NCBI GenBank assembly: GCA_054600435.1
Contig: BAAIJX010000046.1
Span: 1 to 64,000, forward strand
Length of the DNA: 64,000 nt
From: Neophaeotheca triangularis
Lineage: Eukaryota
Reading direction: 5' to 3'
The translations under genes and the position numbers were made by a program. Positions 22,993 through 34,954 of the stretch are shown here, one piece after another. The notes beneath the pieces were generated by a model, which did not search any database, was not told where the DNA came from, and saw nothing but the letters and a program-made list of their open reading frames with translations. Numbering within the stretch: the stretch's first letter is position 1; each line of letters opens with the position of its first letter.

Positions 22993-23951
22993 GCTGGGTA
23001 GGTCGAATGGTGAGTCCGTGAAACCCAGTGTTGGTATGCTTTGTAGATAAGTGTTGTGCAGAGATGCCTCGAAGTGGAAATGTAGGAAGAGTGGGAATTG
23101 TAATGCTCACGAGCACGTGAGGAAGTTTTGGAATTCAGGTGAGGTTGGAACGCCTGCCTCTGGAAGAAGCTTCGTGGTCGAGGCCCTGGCCTGGTCGAGG
23201 GGAAGGGACTGCCTTATCTCTTTTCAGCTTCGGAAACTACCAGATCTTCCCTCAGGTTAGTGTTAATATTGCTGAAAGAGAGTACAAGGCTGCCTCCAAT
23301 AGGTTCACTTTCGTCTTCACTGCGCTGCACCGCACAGCAAGCCTAGTGACCTTTACAAACGCAGCTGGTACAATGTCGCCTTGATCTGCTTGTCTAATAT
23401 ATCATACCACTGAGCGGTCCCTTGTTCGACAATGGCTCAAACGGCGTCATGCTCGACATAGAAGTGCCTAGCATTTGACAACCAATAGCGAGCACCAACG
23501 AAGACCACCATGTTGGGTTCTAAGTGCTATGGATGGATACGTTCTCCCATGCACTCCAGCTGTTCATACCGAAAAGGAGTCCGAAAGATCAGATTGAGCA
23601 AGAGCAGGATTATTCTGCGAGTTCTACCCGGTGTGTTTCAGCGGGTGTAGAGCCCAGCGGGTGCAATGTTAGGGTATAGAAACACTCAAATGGTTTCTGA
23701 GCGACAAGCACCGAATCTTGTTCAAATCATATCATCTCTCGCGTTCAACGTTCAATGTTCATACTTGAGCAGGCGAGTAGGTATCTGAGGTAACGTTAGA
23801 GGTGTGGTCAAAAACCAAGTGCTTGGGGTGTGGAGTCGATGCGCGACCCGAGCGCGACCCATTGAATGAATGAATCAAACCCCCGGCGTTTCCAGCAACT
23901 ATTCCAAGTTTCCACAACACTCTCCTTCTCTCTCTCTTTCACAAACACACA

Positions 23952-26005
23952 ATGGGTGACAAAAGCACCGCGTCGCAGCCGCCGCAACGGCTCACGCTCG
24001 GCAGCCTTTTGGGGAAGGCAGACGGCGATGGCGGCCCCAATTACAATTCCCAATTAATCATTTTCAATCTCCTCCTGAGCCTCAGGATCCTCAACGCCTT
24101 TGGTATCAAGACCTTCTTCCAGCCCGATGAATACTTCCAATCGCTCGAACCAGCCTGGCAGTTGGCTTTCGGCTCTGATGGCGGAGCCTGGATCACTTGG
24201 GTATTAATCTCGACCTCGACCCAAACCAGAACGAGCCCTAACACTCATTCCAGGAATGGCGAGAACAGCTACGGTCCTCAATTCACCCTTGGATCTTCGC
24301 GAAAGTGTATGACGTTGCGCATCACTTCAGCATCAGGCTACAGCTAGAGCCGGCCGTCAAGGCCAATTTGTTACTCGCTGCGCCCAAGATACTGCAGGCT
24401 GGCTTCGCGGCTGTCATGGATTTCGACACCGCTCGCCTCGCTCTCAGGATATACGGCGGTGGCAGTAGAGCCTCTATCGCAGCCCTGGTCTTGACAGTGT
24501 TTAGCCCATGGCAGTGGTTCTGCTCCACCCGCACTCTGTCTAACTCGCTTGAGACGGCGCTGACCATCGCTGCGCTCGACCACTGGCCATGGGAATGGTT
24601 GCTCTCTGGACACAATCCGGCTGCTGGCAATCGTGCAGCCAGTGTGATTGTGCCACCTGGCATCAAAATATCACTGCTAGCTGCCGCTCTGGCTTGCATT
24701 CTTCGCCCGACAAACATCATCATTTGGGTGACTGTCGGTCTTTCCAGCATGCTGCTCTCTCAAAATCGGCAGAGGGCGCTTGTAGTCGCGAGAAATGCCA
24801 TCGTATGCGGCGCAGCAGCGTTCGCTGTTTCATACAGTCTTGACGGTCGGTACTACGGAGAGTCTGTGCTACCACCTCTCAAGTTCCTACACTTCAATTT
24901 GGTTCAAGAGCTCGCCGTCTTTTACGGCAAGAATCGACCCGACTACTATCTAACAGAAGGCCTGCCACTCCTCCTAACGACCGCCCTTCCTTTCGCCGGC
25001 GCAGGCCTATGGCAAGCTCTACGACGGAAAAACAAGGCCACTGGACAGCTACAACAGTCAACGCTCTACATCCTCGCTCTCACAATCCCAGTCACAATCA
25101 CGACCCTAAGCCTGATTTCTCATAAAGAAGTCCGCTTCATCTACCCACTTCTCCCAATCCTTCACATCCTAGCCGCCAAACCGCTCGCCGCCTTCTTCGA
25201 TCCTCAAGCCCGGCCTCGGTCGAAGCTCCGTGGAGCAATATTGCTACTGGGGCTGCTCGCCAACATGGCCATTGCCGCGTACGCCACGCTTGTGCACCAG
25301 CGTGGAATCGTAGACGTGATGCATTACTTGCGGGAATCTCACGAGGACCGATTGATTCAAGCCGGCAAGACGAACAGGTACGTGCCTCGACTTTCTTCGA
25401 AGCGGACCTTTGTGCAATGTGATGAGAAACCTTTCGTTATACCCAGCTCACTCAGATGCTACGGCATATGCTGCGAAAACGTGGAATTGTTCCTGACTTC
25501 CTTGTCTACCATCTTATTCGACGCAAGAACCCATTCATATAATAGTTGATAACTGACAGCCTATGATAGCAGCGCCGACCGCAGCAGCACAGTGGGATTC
25601 CTCATGCCCTGCCACAGCACGCCCTGGCGAAGCCATCTAATTCACTCTGGGATTGAGGCTTGGGCGCTGACCTGCGAGCCGCCAATACATGTGCCGCTTT
25701 CGGAACGGGAGAGCTACATGGACGAGGCAGACGTCTTCTACGACGATCCCGAAGCCTGGCTGAAGGCGAATATGCAGCCCTTGGAGACTATCACGCAGTC
25801 TTCCGCGGCTGGAGATGACAGCGAGAACGCTCATGCTGGGAGGAAGGCATGGCCTGAGCGCTTGGTGTTCTTCGAGCAGTTGGAACCCAAATTGCAAGCT
25901 CTGTTGGCGGGAACTCGGTACGAACAGTGCTGGCGAGCTTTCAACACACATTTCCACGACGACTGGAGACGGCAGGGAGATGTGGTTGTATGGTGCCTCG
26001 CGTAG
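23952..26005 (+). CDS. GPI10: GPI mannosyltransferase 3 (PIG-B), 3 exons
   Basis: [50 protein letters not shown] and [13 protein letters not shown]. Introns at 24202-24253 and 25378-25569. Confidence 0.95.
25414..25499 (+). ncRNA. Intronic box C/D snoRNA, snR71/SNORD29-like (guide for LSU rRNA Am2946 equivalent)
   Basis: Box C GTGATGA at 25419-25425. Guide ACCCAGCTCAC 25441-25451 is complementary to conserved LSU GUGAGCUGGGU. D' CAGA at 25453-25456, box D CTGA at 25493-25496. Sits inside an unusually long (~190 nt) intron. Confidence 0.85.
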
Positions 26006-26115
26006 GGATAGTACAAGCTTCTTTTCAAAGCAAACATCTGCGCCCCTCCAATGCCCACTCCCAACACATCGCGCCAGCAAAAAGCGTACAAACCCACGCC
26101 TCACCAAAAACTTAC

Positions 26116-28102
26116 TCATGTGTGCCCATTAGCCCTCTTCCCACCATGCCCACCTTCAACCTCACTATCATGATCCTCATCCTCATCATGCAGCCCAAAC
26201 TGCTCTTTCGACTCCCTCCTCTCGCCGCTGTTCCTGCTCCCATCCCCAGCCAAATCATCAAGCTCCGCCTCGTCAAAGTCGGCAGCCTCCACATCCCTAT
26301 GCCTCCTCCCCCGAAGCCTATCCGCAAACCCATCAAGTCTCAGTCCACCGCCACCGCCCTCCTCGTCATCGTCGCTGGGGAAGACGCCCCTGTAGCCCCT
26401 TCTCTGCCTGCGGTCACGCCAGACGAAGAAGCCCCACGCCCCGGCCATAATCAGTATAATCACCAGCGCGACTTCACCCGAACGGCGATAAGCATCCCAC
26501 GTCGCGTTTTCCAACTTATCCTGCTCTGCCTCCTCCGCGGCAGTGGAGTTAGGGTGCCCGCCCACGCTCGTCTCAAGGCCCTTCTCGCCATCGATACGGC
26601 TGTCGGCCGGTGTTCCCCCGATGCTAGCGATATCCACGCCGAGGAAGCGGTCCAGCATGTCTCTCGTGCGACGCGGGTAATCGAAAGGCACCATGTGGCT
26701 CGCGTTGAAAAAAGTAACGTACGTCAGATTTCTCGCGGTCTGGTAGATGCCCGCTGATTCGCCTTCGAATGTCCAGTCGCGGCGAGGCGCCCACGTGCCT
26801 GGAGAGATCTCCATACCCGTGCCGCCGTTCCATTGAAGATCGTTGATGAGGTTCTCCGTGCCAATGTGGTTGCAGATGAGATCTTTGTCGCCAGAGAAGA
26901 GGAGGATGGGGACTTTCTCGAGCAGACCCGGCAGGAGCTCGCGGCTAGGTTTCGATTTTGCTGCACGGAAAGCACCGGAGACTTGGTTGTTGCATTCTCT
27001 CCAACCGGCTTTCTTGTCCGGGTTGATATGTAGAGCCGAAGTAACATCTTGTCTCCGCAGGTACGGGGTCACGTGTGCGAGATCTGGAGGCCAGTTCATC
27101 CCGCAGGAGGGGTATTCGTCTGTCTTACGGACATCGTACATGTTGAAGCAATTGCCGTCCTTCTGTCCCAGGTTCAGCATGTCCTGTAGGATGGCTTCGC
27201 AGCTCGAGACGTCAACGTGGTCTTTGCCTCCATTGTCGAGATCTTTGACGCAAACTGCTTGCTGGGCTTCGAGCTTGTTCGCCAGATCGCTACCAGACTG
27301 GACGAGGTTTTGCTCGTAGGCGTACGGAATGTAGGAGAGGTATTGATCCGGGCCAGAGATCCAGCCGTTACCGATGAGCAGACCGGACAGGTTCCAGTGC
27401 GAGCCGGAGTTCTTTTCGTTACGGTCCAGGATGGCCTTCGCAATGTAAGGAATGTGTTGTCCGGCGTAGGATTCACCAGCCAGATAGAGCTGATGCTAAT
27501 AGTGTCAATTTCATCGCATCTCCGAATCCCTATGCTGTTTGGTGTATACTCACGTCGTCTTGGCTAAATTCTGGGAACAACTTGAACCACTTTTCGAGGA
27601 AGACGATAAATTGATCCGCCATCTCATCCAGCTCCTTGAGATAGCTATCACCATCAACGTAGCTGAAACCAGTGCCAACGGGGTTGTCCACAAAGAGTAT
27701 GTTGCTGAACTCGTCCCAGCTACCCTCGTTGAGCCTCAGTGTGCCATCTTCATTGACTCTGTACGGTCCAACCTCCATCATAGCGCCATCCATGCTGCTG
27801 CAACCCGGCCCGCCGTTCAGCCAAATGACCGTCCGCTGCCTATTCGCGATGTGGCGGTTCTGGAAAAGCCAGAAGAACATGTTGCCATGGTGCTCTGGGG
27901 TGATCTCCACATGGCCAGCATGCATCTTCAAAAGGGGGGATGGCGCGCCAGGGAGGGAATTGACGAAGTAGTCTGAGGCCGTCTTGTCGGCGGCATTTGC
28001 GAGGGGAAGCCATAAGGCGCTAAGTATGCCTGTGAGAGCTATCAAAGCACCCCATGGTGAGCGCCGCCGTGTTGGCGCAAACCCTGTGTGTAAGGACGCC
28101 AT
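26116..28102 (-). CDS. KEX1: Pheromone-processing serine carboxypeptidase Kex1, 2 exons
   Basis: Signal peptide, [16 protein letters not shown] after intron ~27492-27553, [18 protein letters not shown]-terminal TM helix and acidic tail. Confidence 0.95.
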
Positions 28103-28602
28103 GTTGAAGTCCAGGTTTGAGGGACAATGCTATCGCATGCTTCTGTTGATGGTAGCTCTCTTTCGGTTTGCTTCGGGTGGTGCTCCCAGGTGATGATGGT
28201 GGAGCGGAATGGGTAAGCGAGCGAGACAAAGTGAAGGTGAGGTCCCGTATTATAGTTCTCGGAATCTGCGACAACAACGACGATGATAAACTTGGATACG
28301 TATCTAGTAACACTGGAGTGGTTTCGGAGCTTGTAATCTTCGGGTCCCTCGATGCACGCGGCAGGAGCTTCGTAATCCCCGTTGACGTCCTACGGGTCGG
28401 ACCTTTATTGAGGATAATGCCGATGAGCCTCAGCTACTGCTGCCTTATCGGCACGTGACTTTCGTTCCAGTACCGCGTTCCCGAAGTCGCGTCTCACGTC
28501 GGGCTACAGCCTGCTAACATCATCTCTTCTTTGACCACCTTCACCGCACTCCTATAAGGTAGCTTCAGATTGAGCCTTCTGATGCTCAACTAACACAGCA
28601 GG

Positions 28603-30432
28603 ATGCCACTGTAAGCTCAGAAATCACTTCCTCGAGCGAGGACATTGCTGACTTAGAATAGGCCAGGCGATCAACATCGAGACACGGCGGCATCGACAAA
28701 CCCATTCGCGCCACAGCAGCCTCGCATCAGCGAGTACACGGCACAGGAAGTAGCGACACTACAATCACGTCTCGACAAGCAGCTTGGGCCCGAATACATC
28801 TCGACGCGACCCGGTGCTGGCGGCGGCAAAGTCCACTATCTTGCGGCGGAGAAGGCGATTGGGTTGGCGAATGAGGTGTTTGGTTTCAATGGCTGGAGCT
28901 CTTCGATCCAGAATGTGCAAATCGACTTTGTAGACGAGAACGCATCGACAGGCAAAATCTCTCTGGGGCTCAGTACGATTGTCAGGGTAACATTGAGAGA
29001 TGGCACATTCCACGAGGACACAGGGTACGGACATATTGAGAACTGCAAGGGCAAGGCGGCTGCTTTCGAGAAGGCAAAGAAGGAGTCGGCAACGGATGCA
29101 TTGAAGAGGGCTTTGAAGACGTTTGGTAACGTGCTGGGCAACTGTCTCTACGACAAGGATTATCTCGCACGTGTGACCAAGGTCAAGGTCGCCCCGAGCA
29201 AATGGGACTCTGAGAATCTGCACCGTCATCCGGACTACGCGCCCGTCAAGCCCAGATCTATCGAAGATGCTGAAAGCAAACCGATTCAGCGACCACCGAA
29301 CACAGTGGCCAGGAACCCGAGCGTGAAGTCGAATGGATCGTTTGGATCAGCGGAGTTTGAAGAAGACTACGGAGGTGATTTATTCGCAGATACCGACTTC
29401 AGCCACCCCGATGAGGTACAGTTGGATGCCTCGATGTCAAAAATCGAAACACCAGGCCCGCGCCCAGGTCAGCCGCAACCAGGTCAGCAGCAACAGAATG
29501 GACAGAATGGACAACAGAGGCAAGGCCCCTCTCGAATGAATTCGATGCCCCAACTACGGCCGCCTAATATTCAACAACCCCAGCAGCCTCAGAACATTGC
29601 GCACCCTCAGAAGCCAAGCGCTCCGCAAAGACCACCCATGAACGCGGCACAAGGCTTTCAAGGCGCGCAGCACAGGATGAGTGCACCTCAAACTCCTGGA
29701 CACCTACAAAAGGCTCCTCAACCAGCCATGGTCAATAACGGACAACATCCAGAGTCGTTTGGTACGAGATCACATTCATCCTCGGGGGACACAGCCGACT
29801 ATCCAGCGACACACGGGCTGCAAGCTCAACAGACGAACGGTGACCAGAGAGAACCCTTTCCAGCTGCCCCTCCTGACATGGCGCCGCCGCAGCACGTCCC
29901 AGCGGACGCCCCGCAAGGATTCGTGAGCGGCCGGGGCACGCTGAATGCGGGTCAGAACGGCCAACCGCCCAACCAAGTCCCAGCTTTCAACCCGCACGCG
30001 GAAAGCCCATCAATACGTCGCACACACGGCCTCAATCCAGGTAAATCGGTACCTATTAGTCGGGATCAGCTGAATGGTGCTGCGAGGAATGGGGCCCCAG
30101 CAGGTCAGCCACCACAACAGCATAATTCTCCCATGAATGGAGGCAGCGGCGATGGGCACAGATCAGGACCCGTTCAAGCAGTGCGAAACACCAACTTCGT
30201 AAATCCTTCGGCCGATGTGAACCGTCGAATAGGCATGCCTCCGGGATCTGGTGCTCAGCAAAATCGCGGTGCTTATCGACCGCCCTCGAACATCAAGAGG
30301 CCAGCGTTGTCGGATGTGAGCAACATGCAACAGCTCGATGGCGCCGGCGATGCGAAGAAGGCCAAGGTGGAATCAGCTCAGCCCGATGCCGGCGGGGAGA
30401 TGACTGCTGCTGACGCAGGTGTTGGTGGGTAG
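28603..30432 (+). CDS. RAD52: DNA repair and recombination protein Rad52
   Basis: MPL-PGDQHR across intron 28611-~28661, LGPEYISTRPG, ANEVFGFNGWS, AKKESATDALKRAL, then a Q/P-rich disordered C-terminus. Confidence 0.96.
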
Positions 30433-30794
30433 TGATGAGCGCCCGATACTGTGGGTGAACATCCCAGGAGCGTTGCAGCCGTAGCCTGGCTCTGAAGTGC
30501 TCCGCGCGGTATCTACTCGGCCAGTAGACAGCGTTCCGCGTATTTCGCTCCACCGGTTCGGGACTCCTGGTCGGAACGAGTTTGCCTTTTGACCTAGCTG
30601 CCATGACTTGCGCATCTTTTTGCTGGTCGTCTGTCTGTTCTGGCATCTCGCGAGTTTGCCCTTGGTCTGTTGCATTGCAAGCGGTGGCGTTGGTACTTTG
30701 CTTTTCGGTAGCTCGACGGCAGCGAGACAATAGCTTCGAAAATCATGAGAGCGCAGCCATGAATGAAAATAATCAAGACCTCCCGTCCTTCCCA

Positions 30795-31403
30795 TCACTT
30801 CCTCGCCTTCCCCACCCCAAAATCTTCCATCTCACTAGCCTTTCCTCCACCCTCGCCCCCAGCCCCATCCTCTCTCCTCTGCACAACCCTCGCCCCCTCC
30901 CTCCTTGTCTTCGCCTGCCTCTCCTCCCCACTATCACCACCACTCGCCCCAGCCCTCGCAACCCTCTCATCCCCCTCACCAACAATCCTCTCCACAACCC
31001 TCACCTTTCCCCTCGCATCCCTAACCCTCTGCTCAAAAGCCTCAACCTCATCCTCCTCGTTCTCCGTGCTAAAAGTGCCCGGATCCGTCAGCGCCTCTAA
31101 CTTCTCCACGTGCCGCCGCAGTCGCTCGCCCTCGAGAGCCATGACCCCTCCAGCACCGGCAGCCCGATCACCACTCTCGGCAAGACCAAATCTAGCAGCT
31201 ACAACATCGCTGCGGCCCTTGAGTTTCCCCATTTCCAAAAACTTCTCAAACCCTTTCTCGAGTCCGAAAACCCGGCCTTCGGTGCGGCCTTGGCGCGCGC
31301 CGTCTGCGAGTCCCAAGGCGTGGCCTTCGGCTTGGTAGGTGTCTTCGAGGCTGTGTAGACTGGCGAAAGGGTCGGAGTCTTGCGAGTCGTTGGGATTTGC
31401 CAT
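30795..31403 (-). CDS. LTO1: Lto1/ORAOV1-like Yae1_N-domain protein
   Basis: DPFASLHSLED followed by a deca-GX3 motif (EGHALGLADGARQGRTEGRVFGLEKGFEKFLEMG). ATG at 31403. Confidence 0.8.
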   Translation of the reverse strand: MANPNDSQDSDPFASLHSLEDTYQAEGHALGLADGARQGRTEGRVFGLEKGFEKFLEMGKLKGRSDVVAARFGLAESGDRAAGAGGVMALEGERLRRHVEKLEALTDPGTFSTENEEDEVEAFEQRVRDARGKVRVVERIVGEGDERVARAGASGGDSGEERQAKTRREGARVVQRREDGAGGEGGGKASEMEDFGVGKARK

Positions 31404-32177
31404 GTTTGTTTTGTTCCGGATACTTTTTTTCGGTATGGATGGGTGAGGGTTGGTAGCGGTGTGGCGGTCAGGGTTGGAGTTTGGGTGCTCTTTCTTTTTG
31501 CAGTGAGGGATTTTGCTTGGTGGTGTGTTTCTGCTTGAACGCTGTTGGGGTTCTTTTGGTGGATTTTCTTGCCCGATTTTGAGCCACGAGCTGTCATGTG
31601 TAGTTTGAAGGTGCACTGTAAATCGTCGAAGATGATTCGAAAAGTTGACGCAAAGCTTGAGTGGAGATTGTTCTTTAGCTTTTTCATCCATTGCTGCCAG
31701 AGAACCAACATTTTTCTAAGACTCGTACACAACCTAAATTACGCAAAGTGAATTATACCTTATACCAGAGAAAATTGGGAAGCCGTCAGGTAATCTGTAC
31801 TCATAGCACCGGTTCGCTGCGGTCAAAAAAAAAAAAAAAAAGGTAGAGCAGAGAGAGATCACCACAACCGAGACCCACGTCCTGGTCAGCCTCGAAAAAC
31901 GTCTTTAGTAGAATCATTAGAAACACTGGCGTTTTTTGTAGATACAGCTACGTTAACAAACCGTCCACCAGCGCAAGCCGAGCTCGAGCATTCACAGCAG
32001 AGTCTCGTAGGCCTCGTAGCACCATGGAACCGTCGCACTCTCAAGCATATGCACGTCTAAACGCCTCCATTGTGATGTTTCCACAAACCACCAACGCCAT
32101 CGCTGTAAACAAGCAAGCACACCTGCTCAATTGCTATTACGCCTTCCCATTTTCGCTGCGTTGGGAGACAAGACGCT

Positions 32178-33329
32178 CTACCTCTTCTTCGAGTTCGGCC
32201 TGGGCTTGCACTCGTCCGGCGCGATGGGGTGGAGCATGATCTTGTTGGGCAGGCCGGGCGTGTTGAAAGCGTAACCTTTGCTCCAGTCGTAGCTCACGGC
32301 GTACGCGAAAATGTTGCCGTTCCGGTTGAAGTCCGTCGCAGAGATCGTACCGCCCACGTTCGGGTACCCCTTGAGACGGTGCTTGGCATCCTTGTCCCAG
32401 AAGTGGAAGGTCCCGTCCGATCCGGCCGTCGAGAAGGTGCCGTGCTCAGGGTGGAAGCTGATGTCGTTGAGGCTGTAGACGTTGCTGACATTGCGGTCGT
32501 TGGCGGGGGTCTCGCGGTGACATTTGAAGCTGAAGTTGCTGCTGGCGTCCTTGTCCTGCGTGTACTGGATGGCACAGCGACCCTCAGTGCTACCTACGGC
32601 GAAGCCCTGAGCGTCTGTGAAGGTGCTAACAACACGTGTCTGCCACTTCAGCGGGGATTGCATGGTCTTGAAGAAGGTTCCGGGGTTCTGCAAGTTGACG
32701 ACGTTGATGTAGCGCTCGGCGGTGCCTATGACGAGCATGTCGTTGCGCGCATCCATGCAGTAGACGCGCTCCTGACATTGGAGTGTCGCAACGGGAGTCT
32801 GCTGGCGCAGGTCCCAGTACTTGATGGTCTTGTCCCAGGAGCCGGTAATGAGGATCTCGGTGTTGTTGACGTTGCAGGTCTCGATGCAGGAGATGGGCTG
32901 ATCATGCGCGGCGACCTGGGTAGCGTTGGACGTATTGCCGCTGCCCAAGTCAAGCATGCGCGCGGCCTTGTCAGCGCCTCCACCAAAAACTTTTTGGCCA
33001 TCCTGTAGGAAGTGGTCAGCGCATTATCCACAAAAACTTCATGTACTCCGGATATAACCTACTTTGCTCCAAGCGGTGCCCAAAACCGGACCCTCGTGCT
33101 CAAACAGCGCAACACCCTTGCTCTTGCCCTGCTGATCGATCTCGTAGATTCTGACTTTCTTGTCCCATGAGGCCACGGCCAAGTGATCACTTTGCCCACT
33201 GAATGCGAGGTCGGAGATGCTGTCTTCTGGCGGATTCGTGACTTGTTCGTCCTTGGAAAGGTCGCCCGTGGTGGTGTTGGAGGCCGTGTTGTTGGCAGCA
33301 CTGCCGCCGCCGCCGAACAAAGTGGACAT
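32178..33329 (-). CDS. GLE2: Poly(A)+ RNA export WD40 protein Gle2/Rae1, 2 exons
   Basis: SPLKWQTR, GSTEGRCAIQY, FSFKCHR, FWDKDAKHRLK and YAVSYDWSKG. Intron ~33003-33061. An upstream in-frame ATG exists at 33473. Confidence 0.95.
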
Positions 33330-33781
33330 TTTGGGATCGTGGGTGCGCGAACTGGAGGCGGAGCTTGTGTTTGTTAGCGCTGAGTTCTCCTCGAACGCAT
33401 GCGTCAGACCTGGGAGCCTGCGAGGCTCGTTGACCGGCATTTCGCTCGCCTTGGTGACGAACTTGGGCGGCATACTGGTGGAGTATACCTACTTTGGTTG
33501 CAGTTGGTTGCGGATCAAATTGAGTGTTAAAAAGGAGCGTGTAGAGAGAACAAAGTACAGCTCCTGAAGTTCACCGAAAGGTCCAGTCCAGTCTCTGCGC
33601 GCAAGTCCAAAAAGGTATGCTGCAGTATTGGGAAGCCAGCTACAGTGAGGTTAAAGTCGGACGCGCTCAAAGCCGGAGAGCTTGGACGCGCTTCCAGCCG
33701 CCAAGACTTGGGCTCCCGCAAATTCACAAAAACCTCTTCCCTCCAGCATCTCCTTCCTCCTTCCTTCCTCTTCTTTCCCCC

Positions 33782-34313
33782 AACCCCTCGCTCAAAGAAT
33801 CGCAATCAAAGCTCACACACAGACAAAGACTTCCACGTCTTAGTCCCAATCACACACAGCTTTGGGAGAAAGTCCCCGGACACCCACGTCCTCGCGATAG
33901 TGGAATTGCGGAAACGCGCCGCCATAGAAGCACCACCAGCGGCTCACCAGCTCTTCATCTCCCGTTCCATCTTTCACGACACCGCCCCTGCTCACCGTCT
34001 GCACTCCTCACTTGCGAAACCCCGCAACTCACGTCGCTGTGGCTGGGAGACCGTCTTCACGGGCGCCCTCTTCGGGGGGAGATGAGGATACGAGTCTGCG
34101 CTCCTGGCTGCCGGTGGCGTTGCTGGAAGCGGGGTGGAAGAGCGGGGAGGAGGTGAGTAGGGTCTCTTCCGGTGCTGTGATGTTGGACGCCATGGGGGAG
34201 GGAGCGAGCTCCTTCGTCACGGTTCATAGATATGCGATTGCCCTCGTCCTTGCATCCTTGGCAGGAAGCGGGAGAGGGTAACTCGATGGGGCTTATTCTT
34301 GAGGCGAGGGGTT
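33782..34313 (+). ncRNA. NME1: RNase MRP RNA
   Basis: P4 5' strand GAAAGTCCCC (33868-33877) and 3' strand GGGGCTTATTC (~34288-34298). P1 pairs AACCCCTCGCTCAAAGAAT (33782-33800) with ATTCTTGAGGCGAGGGGTT (34295-34313). P3 stem CAAAGCT/AGCTTTG has an internal loop. GCG-GAAA-CGC hairpin at ~33908-33917. Confidence 0.92.
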
Positions 34314-34954
34314 CGCAACACACAACACACTACCTTTTGGGTCTGCCGAGGGTGAAGGAGGAAGTCTGCGCAGGCTTTCCACGACGCCGCTCTCGCCTTG
34401 TCGAAGAGGCCAGACTCGTTTGCTCGCTTTTGGGCGTCAAGGGGGCTTCTACTTACTGCTACCAGAAGAACGTTCGTGTGATGACACAGCAAATAGAGTC
34501 AAGCACTGAGACCAAGTCCCGACCATGTCCCTTCATTGGGGTGGAAAGGCGGTCATGATGCATCAACTTTGCCTACGACGGTATCTGATGGACGCTCTCT
34601 TCTGTAGCAATAGTAGCTTCATACACATCTATGTAACTTTCATCAAATAAATTCGTGATTTTGAGGTACTCTCTGCTTCTTCAGAGCACTGGACTTCTTC
34701 AATTGAGGTTTGTTAAATACAATGTTGACAAAGTGCACGGTGGACATTCAAAAGGATAGATGGTAGAGCAGAGTAATCTTGTACAACCAGCAAGCAAATC
34801 TAGGTATCTATCCTGCCCTTGCAGGCACCGTGTTTCACGACATGTATTTTTTACCATTGAACACCACGCTAAAACCCACACAATTCAAGAACCCATGGAC
34901 TTCCTCCCCAATTCCTACACATCTTCAAAACGAGCCAACGCGCACACCACCACA

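Noticed and set aside
25927..26757. Long antisense ORFs over KEX1 (also over GLE2, MHYT and the ABC gene)
   Set aside because: Shadow frames caused by GC-rich codon bias in real genes.
31825..31841. Poly(A) run as a retroelement tail
   Set aside because: No target-site duplication or element body seen.
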